Positions 28,516 to 37,469 of a stretch of DNA of 57,648 bases are shown here, piece by piece. The stretch lies in assembly GCA_028700415.1 (NCBI GenBank), contig JAQVSS010000005.1, positions 1 through 57,648 on the forward strand, given 5' to 3'. This stretch comes from Kiritimatiellia bacterium (GTDB taxonomy: Bacteria; Verrucomicrobiota; Kiritimatiellia; RFP12; UBA1067). A program made the translations under genes and the position numbers. Below the pieces are notes generated by a model. It searched no databases, was not told where the DNA came from, and saw nothing but the letters and a program-made list of their open reading frames with translations. Position 1 is the first letter of the stretch; each line of letters opens with the position of its first letter.

Positions 28516-28617
28516 GCCGACACGATGAAGCGGTGCGTGTTGGCGAATGAAGCTTTTGGAAAGGGGCTGGATATGGGGAAGGTACAATGTCAAATGACGA
28601 CCCCACAACAGCCGCCA
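28502..28617 (+). repeat. Repeat R1, right copy (116 bp), here directly fused to R2
   Basis: See the left copy. 111 of 116 positions are identical by hand alignment. Confidence 0.9.
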
Positions 28618-28785
28618 TAACCGCACAGGCCGGCTTCTTTGCTTGTGTTTACCCGTGACACTGAAACGGACTGGACCCGATGTTCGCGCAAAGGACGCAG
28701 AGCCCACAGAGTTGATTGAATTCATTCAAATCGGGATCGGGATGACGAGTAAGGCTGTTAGGCTGTAGGCTGTTAGACTATTAGG
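28618..28785 (+). repeat. Repeat R2, right copy (about 168 bp)
   Basis: Aligned by hand to 23229..23388. Confidence 0.85.
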
Positions 28786-28893
28786 TGAGAGTGCGGGGGA
28801 GGAGAAGGGGTTTAGGCTGTAGGCTTTTAGCCTATTAGGTGAGAAGTGGGACGTTCCGGTCTAACAGCCTAACAGTCTAAATGCCTAACAGCC
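28753..28893. repeat. Low-complexity composite: inverted arms ggctgttaggctgtaggctgttagac / gtctaacagcctaacagtctaaatgcctaacagcc enclosing two ~37-bp direct repeats
   Basis: The arms share 11-nt perfect matches at both ends. The internal direct repeats are ggctgtaggc(t/t)(g/t)ttag(a/c)ctattaggtgaga, starting at 28761 and 28815. Confidence 0.6.
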
Positions 28894-28972
28894 TTCTCCC
28901 TGCCACGCCAAAGCGTTACGCATGTGTGCATTTGCGGCCGCCGCAATAATCGGCTGGAGTTCGGGTGCGTGA

Positions 28973-29569
28973 ATGGGGTACAGTGAAAGAATGATGAAAA
29001 AACAGGTCAATATGGCGCGTGTTTCCGGGCTGGTCCGCCGGCTGCTGGTTGAACTCGGAGAGGACCCGGAACGTGAGGGGCTGAAGCTTACGCCCAAGCG
29101 GATGGCCGAGTCGCTGGCGTTTCTGACAAGCGGATACTTGCAGACGCCGCGGAAGGTTTTGAACGGGGCGGTGTTTCAGGCGCACCACAACCACATGATC
29201 ATTGTGCGGGACATTGAGATTTACAGTTTGTGTGAACATCACCTGCTGCCGTTCTATGGGCGTTGCCATGTGGGATACATCGCGAAAGAAAAGGTCATGG
29301 GCGTCAGCAAGATCGCGCGGATCGTCGATTGTTTCGCCCGCCGCCTGCAGATTCAGGAGCGGCTGACGGAGCAGGTGGCAGAGGCGATTCTGCAGGAGGC
29401 GCAGGCCGAAGGCGTGGGTGTGGTGATGGAGTGCCGTCACCTGTGCATGATGATGCGCGGCGTGGAGAAGCAGAATTCGGTGATGACCACCTCGGTGGTG
29501 CTGGGATCGTTCAGGAACGATCCGGCCACCCGGCAGGAGTTCCTTGCCCTAATCAGAAAATCAGAGTGA
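28973..29569 (+). CDS. folE: GTP cyclohydrolase I (FolE type 1)
   Basis: [43 protein letters not shown]. Start is uncertain among Met codons at 28973, 28991 and 29012. Confidence 0.9.
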   Translation: MGYSERMMKKQVNMARVSGLVRRLLVELGEDPEREGLKLTPKRMAESLAFLTSGYLQTPRKVLNGAVFQAHHNHMIIVRDIEIYSLCEHHLLPFYGRCHVGYIAKEKVMGVSKIARIVDCFARRLQIQERLTEQVAEAILQEAQAEGVGVVMECRHLCMMMRGVEKQNSVMTTSVVLGSFRNDPATRQEFLALIRKSE

Positions 29570-29639
29570 GCGGCGGATTTTCCCGAGACGGGCGTTTTCA
29601 GGACAGTCGGCGGCACGGCGTCATCTGTAAAAGGAGCGT

Positions 29640-31973
29640 ATGAAAAAAACGGGTGGGGCGCTTTTATTTGCACTGTTTTTCCTCTCCCTTTTAACCGGAG
29701 GATGCGGGCGGAACCGCATTCCGGTTTCTCTCGGGACGAAAACCGCGCAGCTTACCGATGTGCTGTCGTTTTGCCGTCCGGCGCGGGCGGTCAGCGGCAT
29801 GGAGTCGACCTACGACCGCCGGGGCGGCAATGTGGACTGGTGGCAAGTTTTCGTGCCGTGCGAGGGCAAGGAACTGTATGAGGCCATCAGTCTCACCGGG
29901 CCGGGATGCCTGACGCGCATTTGGCAAACGAATTTCCCGGTCACGGAATGGCTTTTTTATTTTGATGGCGAGACGGAGCCGCGGTTGCGGCTCAAGCCGG
30001 AAGAGCTTTTTAGTGGCGACGTGCGGTTCAATCCCCTGCAGGGCGGCACAAGCGGCGGCGCGTATTCGTACCTTCCGCTTCCGTATCAGCAGTCCTTGCG
30101 TGTCGTGGTCCGGATCCCCAACCGGACGCCGGATGCGCGCTCTTACTTTCACATCAATTATGAGCAGTATCCGTCCCGTACGCGCGTGGTCTCATGGCCC
30201 AAACACTATGATGCGGCAACAAGCAATACGGTGATGCAGTGCAACAGCGTGTTGCGCCAGACGCGCGAGACCGTGAAGCAGGCGGCTCAAAGCAAAAGCT
30301 GGGACAAACATGTGCTTGCGCCTAAGCAAGCCACCGAAATTCTTGCGGCAGCCGGGGAGGGGATGATCTCGACGTTGCGGATACGCCTTGATTTTGGAGC
30401 GGCGAATGCGGTTGTCCGGTCACTGATGTTGCGCTGTCTTGTGCTGGAGGCGTATTGGGACGGTTCCCCGCACGCCAGCATTCAGGTCCCGCTGGGCGAC
30501 TTCTTCTGCAACGGGCTGCATCCGCGTGAATTCACGAGTGTGGCGATGGCGTTCGTTGACGGGGTTTATGTGTGCCGGTTGCCGATGCCGTTCCGGAAGG
30601 GCGCACGTTTGCTGATCCGCAACGATGGCCCCCTTGCGGTGAGCGGTGAGATATCTGCCGATGTGAGGCCGGGGGATGTTGCCGACGCGCTTTATCTGCA
30701 CGCTTCCTTCAATTCGGCGGTGTCGGCGGGACAGCCCTTCCGTATGATGCGCACAAGCGGGCAGGGTAAATATGTCGGCTGCTACCTGATCGCGTTGGGG
30801 ATGGACGGCGGGTGGAACATTCTGGAGGGCGATGAGTCCTTTTACCGCGACGGCAGCAAGACTCCCTGCTGCCTTGGGACCGGCTTAGAGGATTATTTCA
30901 ATGGCGGCTGGTATTATTTCGGGCATTTTGAGCTGCCGCTCCACGGGTTGTTGGAGAAAGCCGCCATGCGCACGGCGCAATACCGGTTTCATCTCTCTGA
31001 CCCCGTCACGTTCACCAAGGATTTGCGCATGAATCTTGAGTTTGGCGACGCCAACCGCGCGGGAGGGTATCTCTCCGCCGTCGCTTACTGGTATCAGGAC
31101 CGGCCCGGGCTTGCGGGCAGCGAACTTCAGGCGCCTGAGAAACGTTTCCCCAGTATAGACCGTGTCGGCGCGGTGACCATCATGGATGAATTGTTTGAGC
31201 TCGAGCGGATGGGATTGATCGCTGACGCGCGCGAACGGTGCGAATTTTATGCCGCCGCGTTCGGCAGCAGTGCGGACCGGTTCGTTTTTCAGCTGCGTGC
31301 GGCGGCGTACCGTGAAATGATGGAGGGATATCCGGCGGCGCGCGACACCTATGCGGCGGTGATGGGTTCTCCAGGAATTCCCGGAGAAATTGCCGCGCAG
31401 GCAAAGCTGTTGCTTTGGAGGGGGGAAAAGCCGGGGCGCGCGATTTTTGGCGCGCATGGGTTCGGCGAATACAAGCTGTTTGTTGACGGGAATCCTGTCG
31501 GCGCCGGGAACCATCCGCAGATCTGGCAGGCGTTCCCGGTTGAGCTGGCTCCTGGCGAGCATATTCTTGAGGCCGAAATCATCCCGCACCATCAGTATTC
31601 ATTCATTTCGGTTGGCTTCAGTTCGTTTTTCACAAACGTCGTCAGCGACGTGTCCTGGGACTACCGGGTCCCTTCAGCAGGCGCGGACGATCCGAAATCG
31701 AAGTGGAGGCCGTATGAAGCTGTTCCGGGTATCTTCCCGACCATGGCCTTTTGGCAATTTGTCCCGAATGCGTTTCCGTGTGTGCAGTCCGGCCAGCAGC
31801 ACGGGGGGCCTTTCCCCGGCTGGACGGAGAAAACGGGGCAGGCCGTCCGCATCCGCCGGAAAATCCGCATCCCCGAAAGCGCGGGTAACCGGCCTCCGAT
31901 GCCGGCCCGCGTTTATCAGATGCCGGGCCATGCCGTCCGCCCGGCGGACGACACGTCGAATGCGGACCTGTAG
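29640..31973 (+). CDS. DUF2961 (GH172-like) lipoprotein with C-terminal extension of about 300 aa
   Basis: Lipobox LTGGC. YDRRGGNVDWW, GPGCLTRIWQTN, FYFDGE, YLPLPY, YFHINYEQY, LEGDESFYRDG, GTGLEDYFNGGWYF. Confidence 0.8.
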   Translation: MKKTGGALLFALFFLSLLTGGCGRNRIPVSLGTKTAQLTDVLSFCRPARAVSGMESTYDRRGGNVDWWQVFVPCEGKELYEAISLTGPGCLTRIWQTNFPVTEWLFYFDGETEPRLRLKPEELFSGDVRFNPLQGGTSGGAYSYLPLPYQQSLRVVVRIPNRTPDARSYFHINYEQYPSRTRVVSWPKHYDAATSNTVMQCNSVLRQTRETVKQAAQSKSWDKHVLAPKQATEILAAAGEGMISTLRIRLDFGAANAVVRSLMLRCLVLEAYWDGSPHASIQVPLGDFFCNGLHPREFTSVAMAFVDGVYVCRLPMPFRKGARLLIRNDGPLAVSGEISADVRPGDVADALYLHASFNSAVSAGQPFRMMRTSGQGKYVGCYLIALGMDGGWNILEGDESFYRDGSKTPCCLGTGLEDYFNGGWYYFGHFELPLHGLLEKAAMRTAQYRFHLSDPVTFTKDLRMNLEFGDANRAGGYLSAVAYWYQDRPGLAGSELQAPEKRFPSIDRVGAVTIMDELFELERMGLIADARERCEFYAAAFGSSADRFVFQLRAAAYREMMEGYPAARDTYAAVMGSPGIPGEIAAQAKLLLWRGEKPGRAIFGAHGFGEYKLFVDGNPVGAGNHPQIWQAFPVELAPGEHILEAEIIPHHQYSFISVGFSSFFTNVVSDVSWDYRVPSAGADDPKSKWRPYEAVPGIFPTMAFWQFVPNAFPCVQSGQQHGGPFPGWTEKTGQAVRIRRKIRIPESAGNRPPMPARVYQMPGHAVRPADDTSNADL

Positions 31974-32017
31974 GGCGCATCATCGGGAAACATGCTTTTG
32001 AGATCGGGAGTAAAGCC

Positions 32018-33658
32018 ATGGGATTTCCATCTAAAAAGACGAGTCAGCAAAACGTCCCGGATGTTGATAAAGCTGCGGACGGCACCCAAGGGCTGTCCAT
32101 GCGGAACGCATGGCACGGTCTGGCCGTAACGTGCCTGTTCTTCCTCGTTGCGGCAATCCTGACGTTGCCGAAGTTCCCATATCCGGGCGATAATTTTGTG
32201 CCGCGCAACGAATCCATTCAACTCGCCAAGCGCGGGCAGTTGGGAATCCCGTACGCGATGCGGGAGCTCATTTCGGGGTTTGATCAGCCGCGCGGACAAT
32301 ATTTTTACTCGAACGACAAGAAAGAGCGTTTCTATTCCAAATACGGGATCGCCTATACGGTTGCCTATCTGCCCCCTGTTTGGGCTGAACTCGCATCCAA
32401 CCCCGCCTTTGACGTTAACCGGCAGGCGCAGACGTTCTTTTTCAAGCTTGGCATCTACCAGGTCCTGCTTGGGCTGCTGGTCGTCTATTATCTGTTTAGG
32501 CTCGCCTGGTTGTTTGGGAAGTCACAATGGATCTGTTGCGCGTTTACGTTAGCCACGGTTTACTCCACCTTCCTGTGGCATTACCTGCGTGCGCCCGCGC
32601 TTGAAATCTATCAGCTTCTTGCCTTTACCGGCGCCTGTGCGCATGCGCTGCTTTTTCTGAGGCGACGGCAGGCGGGCGACGGCTCCACGGGATGCTGGAT
32701 GCATTTGCTGGCCGTAACGCTGTGGAGCGGCGCACTGGTGCTCATGAAAAGCACCTTTGTGATCTTCGGGCTCGCGCTCTCGGTTTTCCCGTTCTTCGTC
32801 GGGACGGAAGCCAAAACGGTGTGGCTGCGTCCGTTTGTGAGCTTGAAAAACCACTGGAAATCCTATGCGTGGACGTTGGCTGTTCCGTGGGTGATCATTT
32901 TCGCGATCCTGCTGGCATTCAACGCGATCAAGTTCAGTTCGCCGTTCGACAGCGGATACATGCAGTGGCTTCAAGCGGATGGGAAACCGGTGACGCAGTT
33001 CGGGTGGGCGTTTGTGCGCGGAAACATGAGCCTGTTCCTTGTGAGTCTCCGGAACGATTTCAACCTGTTCCATGCGTATCCGTACGCCTTGGCGGGCGTG
33101 CTCTGTTTTATTCCCTTCGCACGCCGTTGGCGCGTTGACGCGCTGCTGATGCTGGCGGTTGTCCTTCCCGGGATCGGATTCCTGTTGTTCTACAATGCGG
33201 CGCACGGTCAGTGGTGCTACGGCCCGAGGTACTTCATCTTTTATGTCATGCTTTTGGCATTCCCGTTTCTTTGGTGGCTGGACCGTCTCTTCACGCGGCT
33301 GCCGAAGCTGCTCAAACCGTTTGTCGCACTCTCATGCCTGGCCCCGGTCCTGTACATGGCCGGGCTTCAGTTCATGATAAACGGGCTTCAGTATTTTGTC
33401 TCCTATCAACTGGGCGGTTTATTATCGTCAACAAAACATCCGGCGGTGATCGCATACTGTAATCGTTCCCGCGTTCAGTTCTGCCGTGATGTGTTCTGTT
33501 ACGGGCAAGGATGGAGCAGTTACTATCCGCTCGATGTCATCCGTCCCTTGGTTCCTCCGGAGCGGAGAGCGGAGTGGCTTCAATTCAAGGCGACGGTCGA
33601 CTATTTTGCTCAACCCAATTTTTATTTCTTCCCCGGGGAAAAGGCGAAAGATCGGTGA
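32018..33658 (+). CDS. Polytopic membrane protein, putative GT-C-fold glycosyltransferase (ArnT/PMT-like)
   Basis: 546 aa with more than 10 hydrophobic segments. The family call rests on architecture only. Confidence 0.5.
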   Translation: MGFPSKKTSQQNVPDVDKAADGTQGLSMRNAWHGLAVTCLFFLVAAILTLPKFPYPGDNFVPRNESIQLAKRGQLGIPYAMRELISGFDQPRGQYFYSNDKKERFYSKYGIAYTVAYLPPVWAELASNPAFDVNRQAQTFFFKLGIYQVLLGLLVVYYLFRLAWLFGKSQWICCAFTLATVYSTFLWHYLRAPALEIYQLLAFTGACAHALLFLRRRQAGDGSTGCWMHLLAVTLWSGALVLMKSTFVIFGLALSVFPFFVGTEAKTVWLRPFVSLKNHWKSYAWTLAVPWVIIFAILLAFNAIKFSSPFDSGYMQWLQADGKPVTQFGWAFVRGNMSLFLVSLRNDFNLFHAYPYALAGVLCFIPFARRWRVDALLMLAVVLPGIGFLLFYNAAHGQWCYGPRYFIFYVMLLAFPFLWWLDRLFTRLPKLLKPFVALSCLAPVLYMAGLQFMINGLQYFVSYQLGGLLSSTKHPAVIAYCNRSRVQFCRDVFCYGQGWSSYYPLDVIRPLVPPERRAEWLQFKATVDYFAQPNFYFFPGEKAKDR

Positions 33659-33659
33659 T

Positions 33660-34625
33660 ATGAGGTTTTCCCTTTCGACAAATTGGAATGCGGGGCGTCA
33701 TGCGGACGGCGAACCCCTTGTTGACGAGATCCTCGCGTTGGGATTTGAAGCCCTGGAATTGGGGTATCACTTGACCGAGGAACTGGCTGCGGGGGTGAGG
33801 CGCCGTCTGCGGGAGGGTGCCGTCGCGGTCGACAGTGTGCACGCGTACTGCCCGGTTCCGGTCGGCGCGCCGCACGGGTATCCGGAACTCTACCTGCTCG
33901 CCTCTCTTGATGAGGACGAGCGTGCCATGGCCGCCATTCTGCTGGGACGGACGCTGGCGTTTGCCGAGTCGATGGGCGCGGGCGCGGTGGTTCTGCATGC
34001 CGGCCGCGTGTTCCTGAAGGGCTGGTTCCGCGAGTGGAACACCCGGGTTCTGGCGGACGCATTCGAGGGGGCAGAGCCGGAGGGCGGGGAAGCGTATCAA
34101 CGGTTGTTGGCCAAGATGCGGCAACGGCGCATGAGAAAAGCCGGTGTGTATTTCGACGGTTTTTGCCTTTCGTTAGAGACGCTGTTGCCGAAATTCGAGA
34201 AGGCCGGCGTGACGCTTTGTCTGGAGAACCTGCCCTCGATCGAGGCTTTTCCGGACGAGAGCGAGATGATGATGTTGAAGCGGCGTTTTGACACCCCGGC
34301 ACTGGCTTACTGGCACGATATGGGGCACGGTCAGGTGCGGGAAAATTTGGGCTGGATCCGTCACGAGGAGATGGCGCGCATGCTGTTGCCCGTGACGCGG
34401 GGCGTTCATATTCATGACGCCTTACCGCTGATGAACGACCACCTTCCGCCGAGTAAAGGCAAGATCGATTTCGGGGCATTCGCTTTTTTGGGGGCGCCCC
34501 CCGTGATCAAAGTGTTCGAGCCTTCTGAGGACGTGCCGGGGGACGAGCTGGCGGCATCGCTGGCTTTTGTGCGGAACGCATGGGCGCGTGATGCGGTCAA
34601 GCCTGAGGTTGAATCGCCTGTTTGA
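33660..34625 (+). CDS. Sugar phosphate isomerase/epimerase family (xylose-isomerase-like TIM barrel)
   Basis: MRFSLSTNWN...GFEALELGY...VVLHAG...CLENLP...HIHD. Start is set at ATG 33660, just after the upstream stop; the ORF-track start at 33486 overlaps the previous gene. Confidence 0.7.
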   Translation: MRFSLSTNWNAGRHADGEPLVDEILALGFEALELGYHLTEELAAGVRRRLREGAVAVDSVHAYCPVPVGAPHGYPELYLLASLDEDERAMAAILLGRTLAFAESMGAGAVVLHAGRVFLKGWFREWNTRVLADAFEGAEPEGGEAYQRLLAKMRQRRMRKAGVYFDGFCLSLETLLPKFEKAGVTLCLENLPSIEAFPDESEMMMLKRRFDTPALAYWHDMGHGQVRENLGWIRHEEMARMLLPVTRGVHIHDALPLMNDHLPPSKGKIDFGAFAFLGAPPVIKVFEPSEDVPGDELAASLAFVRNAWARDAVKPEVESPV

Positions 34626-35748
34626 AAAAATCCTCGAGGTGTTCAATGTTCCGCGAGCCGTCAAACTGCGCTTCGACGGTTTGACGTCCGGCCTTCGCGA
34701 GCCGCAGGAGGAGCTCTTTTGAGGTGAGCGCCGCGGCGAGGGCGTCGGCCAATGGGCCGGGGGCGTCGGGGGGGACGAGTAGGCCGTTGACGTTGTCGGT
34801 GATCACTTCTGAGGCGGCGCTGGCGATGGACGTGATGACCGGGGTGCCGAGGGCCATCGCTTCCACAAGGACGTTGGCGATGCCGTCCCGGTCCCCGTTG
34901 CCGAGTCTGCGGGAAGGCAGCACGAGCACGGACGCATCCATGATGTGCGAACGGGTCTCTTCCTGCGATTGCCAGCCGACAAAGACGACCGTGTCCATGA
35001 GCCCCAGTTGTTCGCTCAGGCGTTTGAGGGCCTGCATGTCGGGCCCGTCGCCGGCGATGACGCAGGTGAAGTGAAGGCCGCGTGTCAGGAGCAGAGCACA
35101 GGCACGGATAAGGGTGTCGACCCCCTTTTTCGGCTCGAGCCTCCCGGCGAAGAGCACGAGCTGGTCCGGCTGGATGGTGTCGAACGGGAAGTCATTGAGA
35201 GGCAGGCCGTGCCGGATGACGGTTACCTTCTCAGGCGGAATCCCTGCGGCCGTCACGGCGCGGGCGGCCGCTTCCGAGCAGGCGACGATGCCGGACGCCG
35301 TCCGCAAACGGCGGAACAGTTGGCGCGGCGGCGGGGTGAAGACGTCATGGGCGTGAACGGCGCACGTCCATGGCAGGCCCAGCGTGCGGGCGGCGATGGC
35401 GGCGATGTCGGCGGTGATGCCGGCAAAGTGGGCATGGAGCAGCCGGCTGTCGGCGTCGGCCGTCTTTTTGACGAGATAAGCGGCCTGCGGCAGCCGTTTG
35501 AAAATGCGGAAGGCTGACGTTGGCGAACGCGGGATTTCTTCCAGAATGCGCTGGGCGCAGGCTTTAAAGAACCGCCAGCGGAACCCTTCCGGACAACTCA
35601 TCAACGCGAATTTGAGCGGCGCGTTCCCCCCCCTCAGAAACCGGGTAAAGATCGGCCAATTGTGGCGCCGGAGTTGATCCAACTCACGCCGGATGAACGT
35701 TTCGCTCGGGGCGGACTGGTCCAGCAAATAAGTGATGGGGAAGGGCAT
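34597..35748 (-). CDS. Glycosyltransferase family 4 (GT-B)
   Basis: LFAGRLEPKKGVDTLI, VLPSR...DGIANVLVEAMALGTPVI (EX7E-type region). Its 3' end overlaps the convergent gene by 29 nt. Confidence 0.85.
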   Translation of the reverse strand: MPFPITYLLDQSAPSETFIRRELDQLRRHNWPIFTRFLRGGNAPLKFALMSCPEGFRWRFFKACAQRILEEIPRSPTSAFRIFKRLPQAAYLVKKTADADSRLLHAHFAGITADIAAIAARTLGLPWTCAVHAHDVFTPPPRQLFRRLRTASGIVACSEAAARAVTAAGIPPEKVTVIRHGLPLNDFPFDTIQPDQLVLFAGRLEPKKGVDTLIRACALLLTRGLHFTCVIAGDGPDMQALKRLSEQLGLMDTVVFVGWQSQEETRSHIMDASVLVLPSRRLGNGDRDGIANVLVEAMALGTPVITSIASAASEVITDNVNGLLVPPDAPGPLADALAAALTSKELLLRLAKAGRQTVEAQFDGSRNIEHLEDFFKQAIQPQA

Positions 35749-35751
35749 GGC

Positions 35752-36828
35752 TCAGGGCTGTTTGGGGTAGAGGTCAAGGTCGGCGGGAATATTCCGCAGT
35801 GTGGCGCACAGGAGATCGATGGTTTGGGCGGCGTCGTCGAGGCTGAGGATTTCGACCGGGCTGTGCATGTAGCGCAGCGGGATGCTGAGCTGCGCCACGG
35901 CGGCGCCCGAACGCGACAGGCGCATCGCCCACGCGCAGGTGCCGGTGCCGCGGCAGCGGACCTGACGTTGCAGCGGGATGTTCTGCGTGTTGCCCGTTTC
36001 CGTGACGAGTGTGTTGAGCGCGGTGTGGTAGGTGGGGCCGATACCCAAGACCGGGCCGGCGCCCACACGGATGTCGCCCGCGATTTTACGGTCTTCCTTT
36101 TGAGCGTCGGTGGCGAAGGTCACATCCACGCAAATGCCGATATGGGGGTTGAGATCGTATGCGGCGGTTGTGCCGCCGACCAGTCCGACCTCCTCTTGAA
36201 CGCTGGCGACCATATGCAGCGCGACATTCAGGTGTTCGCCCGCAAGGCGGCGCATGGCCTCGGTGACGACGAACGCGCCGATGCGGTTGTCAAAACCCCG
36301 GCAGGCCACGCGGTTGTTGGCGAGATCCAGCCAGCCAGCGGCGACCACAGCGGGGCAGCCGAGGTCGACGCGTTCGAGCGCGTCGGCGCGGTTCTTGGCG
36401 CCGATATCGACAGCGATTTCCCGGATTTCCTTTGGCGCGATCTTTTCGCGTTCCTTGGCGGAGAGCAGGTGGGGGGGGCGGACGCCAAACACGCCATAGA
36501 CCGGCCCGTTCTTTCCCTGGATCGCGATGCGTTCCGCAGCCAGCAGGGGGATGGTGACGCCGCCGAGCGGAGACATGTAAAGGAACCCGTCGTCGTCGAT
36601 ATACTGGACCAAGAAGCCGATCTCGTCGCAATGGCCTTCGATCATGACCCTCAGGGGGGCTTCCGGGTTGAGACAGGCATGCAGATTGCCGTGGACGTCG
36701 ATCTTCAGGCCCGGCACGGCGGCGGCGCGCAGGTGGGTGGCAAGCAGCGACATGCCGGCGGATTCGAAACCGGTCGGCGTGGGAAGTGCGACAAGGTTTT
36801 TCAAGAGCGACAAAGTTTCTTTATCCAT
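35752..36828 (-). CDS. M42 family metallopeptidase (FrvX / glutamyl aminopeptidase-like)
   Basis: LKNLVALPTPTGFE, IEGHCDEIGFLV, FDNRIG, VQEEVGL. Confidence 0.85.
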   Translation of the reverse strand: MDKETLSLLKNLVALPTPTGFESAGMSLLATHLRAAAVPGLKIDVHGNLHACLNPEAPLRVMIEGHCDEIGFLVQYIDDDGFLYMSPLGGVTIPLLAAERIAIQGKNGPVYGVFGVRPPHLLSAKEREKIAPKEIREIAVDIGAKNRADALERVDLGCPAVVAAGWLDLANNRVACRGFDNRIGAFVVTEAMRRLAGEHLNVALHMVASVQEEVGLVGGTTAAYDLNPHIGICVDVTFATDAQKEDRKIAGDIRVGAGPVLGIGPTYHTALNTLVTETGNTQNIPLQRQVRCRGTGTCAWAMRLSRSGAAVAQLSIPLRYMHSPVEILSLDDAAQTIDLLCATLRNIPADLDLYPKQP

Positions 36829-36873
36829 GGATGTGACCTTTCGTGTTTGCCGGAAGCGTGCCCGGAAGAGGGG

Positions 36874-37380
36874 TCATGCCGGCGGATGGAGGAAAGTGAG
36901 GAACCCCCAGTAACACGCATGGTTGATGGCGAGGGCGTACAGGGAGGCGAAGAAATCGTCGATGACGATGCCGGTGCCGCCGTGCAACTCCTGCAAGGCG
37001 CGTGCGGGCGGCGGTTTGATGATGTCGCAAACGCGCGCCACGACGAAGCAGAGCGGAATGAGCCAGAGGTGCCGCATCAGGGGCAGGCCGATCGTGCAGA
37101 TCGGGAAAAGCATCCATTCGTCGGCGCAGATGCGTCCGTCGTCTTTCTTTCCGAGCACGGCCTCCGCGGTGTCGCAGATGGGGATCGCGAGGAAGGTTGC
37201 GCCGACGCACACGAGGATCTGCAGGGGCAGGTGCTGTTGCGTCACCCAGAGGGCCAGCAGGACGCCTGGCAGCGAGCCGGCCGTGCCGGGCGCGATGGGA
37301 GAAACAAGCCCGATGCCGAAGCCGGTGGCGACAAAGACCGATAGTTTTTGCCAAAAAGTGTTTCCCGGAATGATCCTCAT
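36874..37380 (-). CDS. pgpA: Phosphatidylglycerophosphatase A
   Basis: FVATGFGIGLVSPIAPGTAGSLPGVLL, DDGRICADEW, GGTGIVIDD. Start trimmed to MRIIPG (37380). Confidence 0.85.
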   Translation of the reverse strand: MRIIPGNTFWQKLSVFVATGFGIGLVSPIAPGTAGSLPGVLLALWVTQQHLPLQILVCVGATFLAIPICDTAEAVLGKKDDGRICADEWMLFPICTIGLPLMRHLWLIPLCFVVARVCDIIKPPPARALQELHGGTGIVIDDFFASLYALAINHACYWGFLTFLHPPA

Positions 37381-37469
37381 AACCGTCTTCCTGTTTTCAG
37401 GTTTGGGAGCCCTGTTCCCCGGACGCGCTGTGCGCCGGCGGAAACCGTCCCGTCCGCTTGTGTTCCCCG

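Noticed and set aside
28495-28725. Minus-strand ORFs spanning the repeats (28495..28725, 22989..23336, 23721..24002) that share peptide segments
   Set aside because: The shared peptides simply reflect nucleotide repeats R1 and R2. One of the ORFs runs antisense through the tRNA-Ala gene. There is no RBS and no coding-type substitution pattern.
34597-34625. 29-nt convergent overlap of the TIM-barrel gene and the GT4 gene as a regulatory antisense feature
   Set aside because: Short 3'-3' overlaps are common in compact genomes, and no structure or motif was seen.
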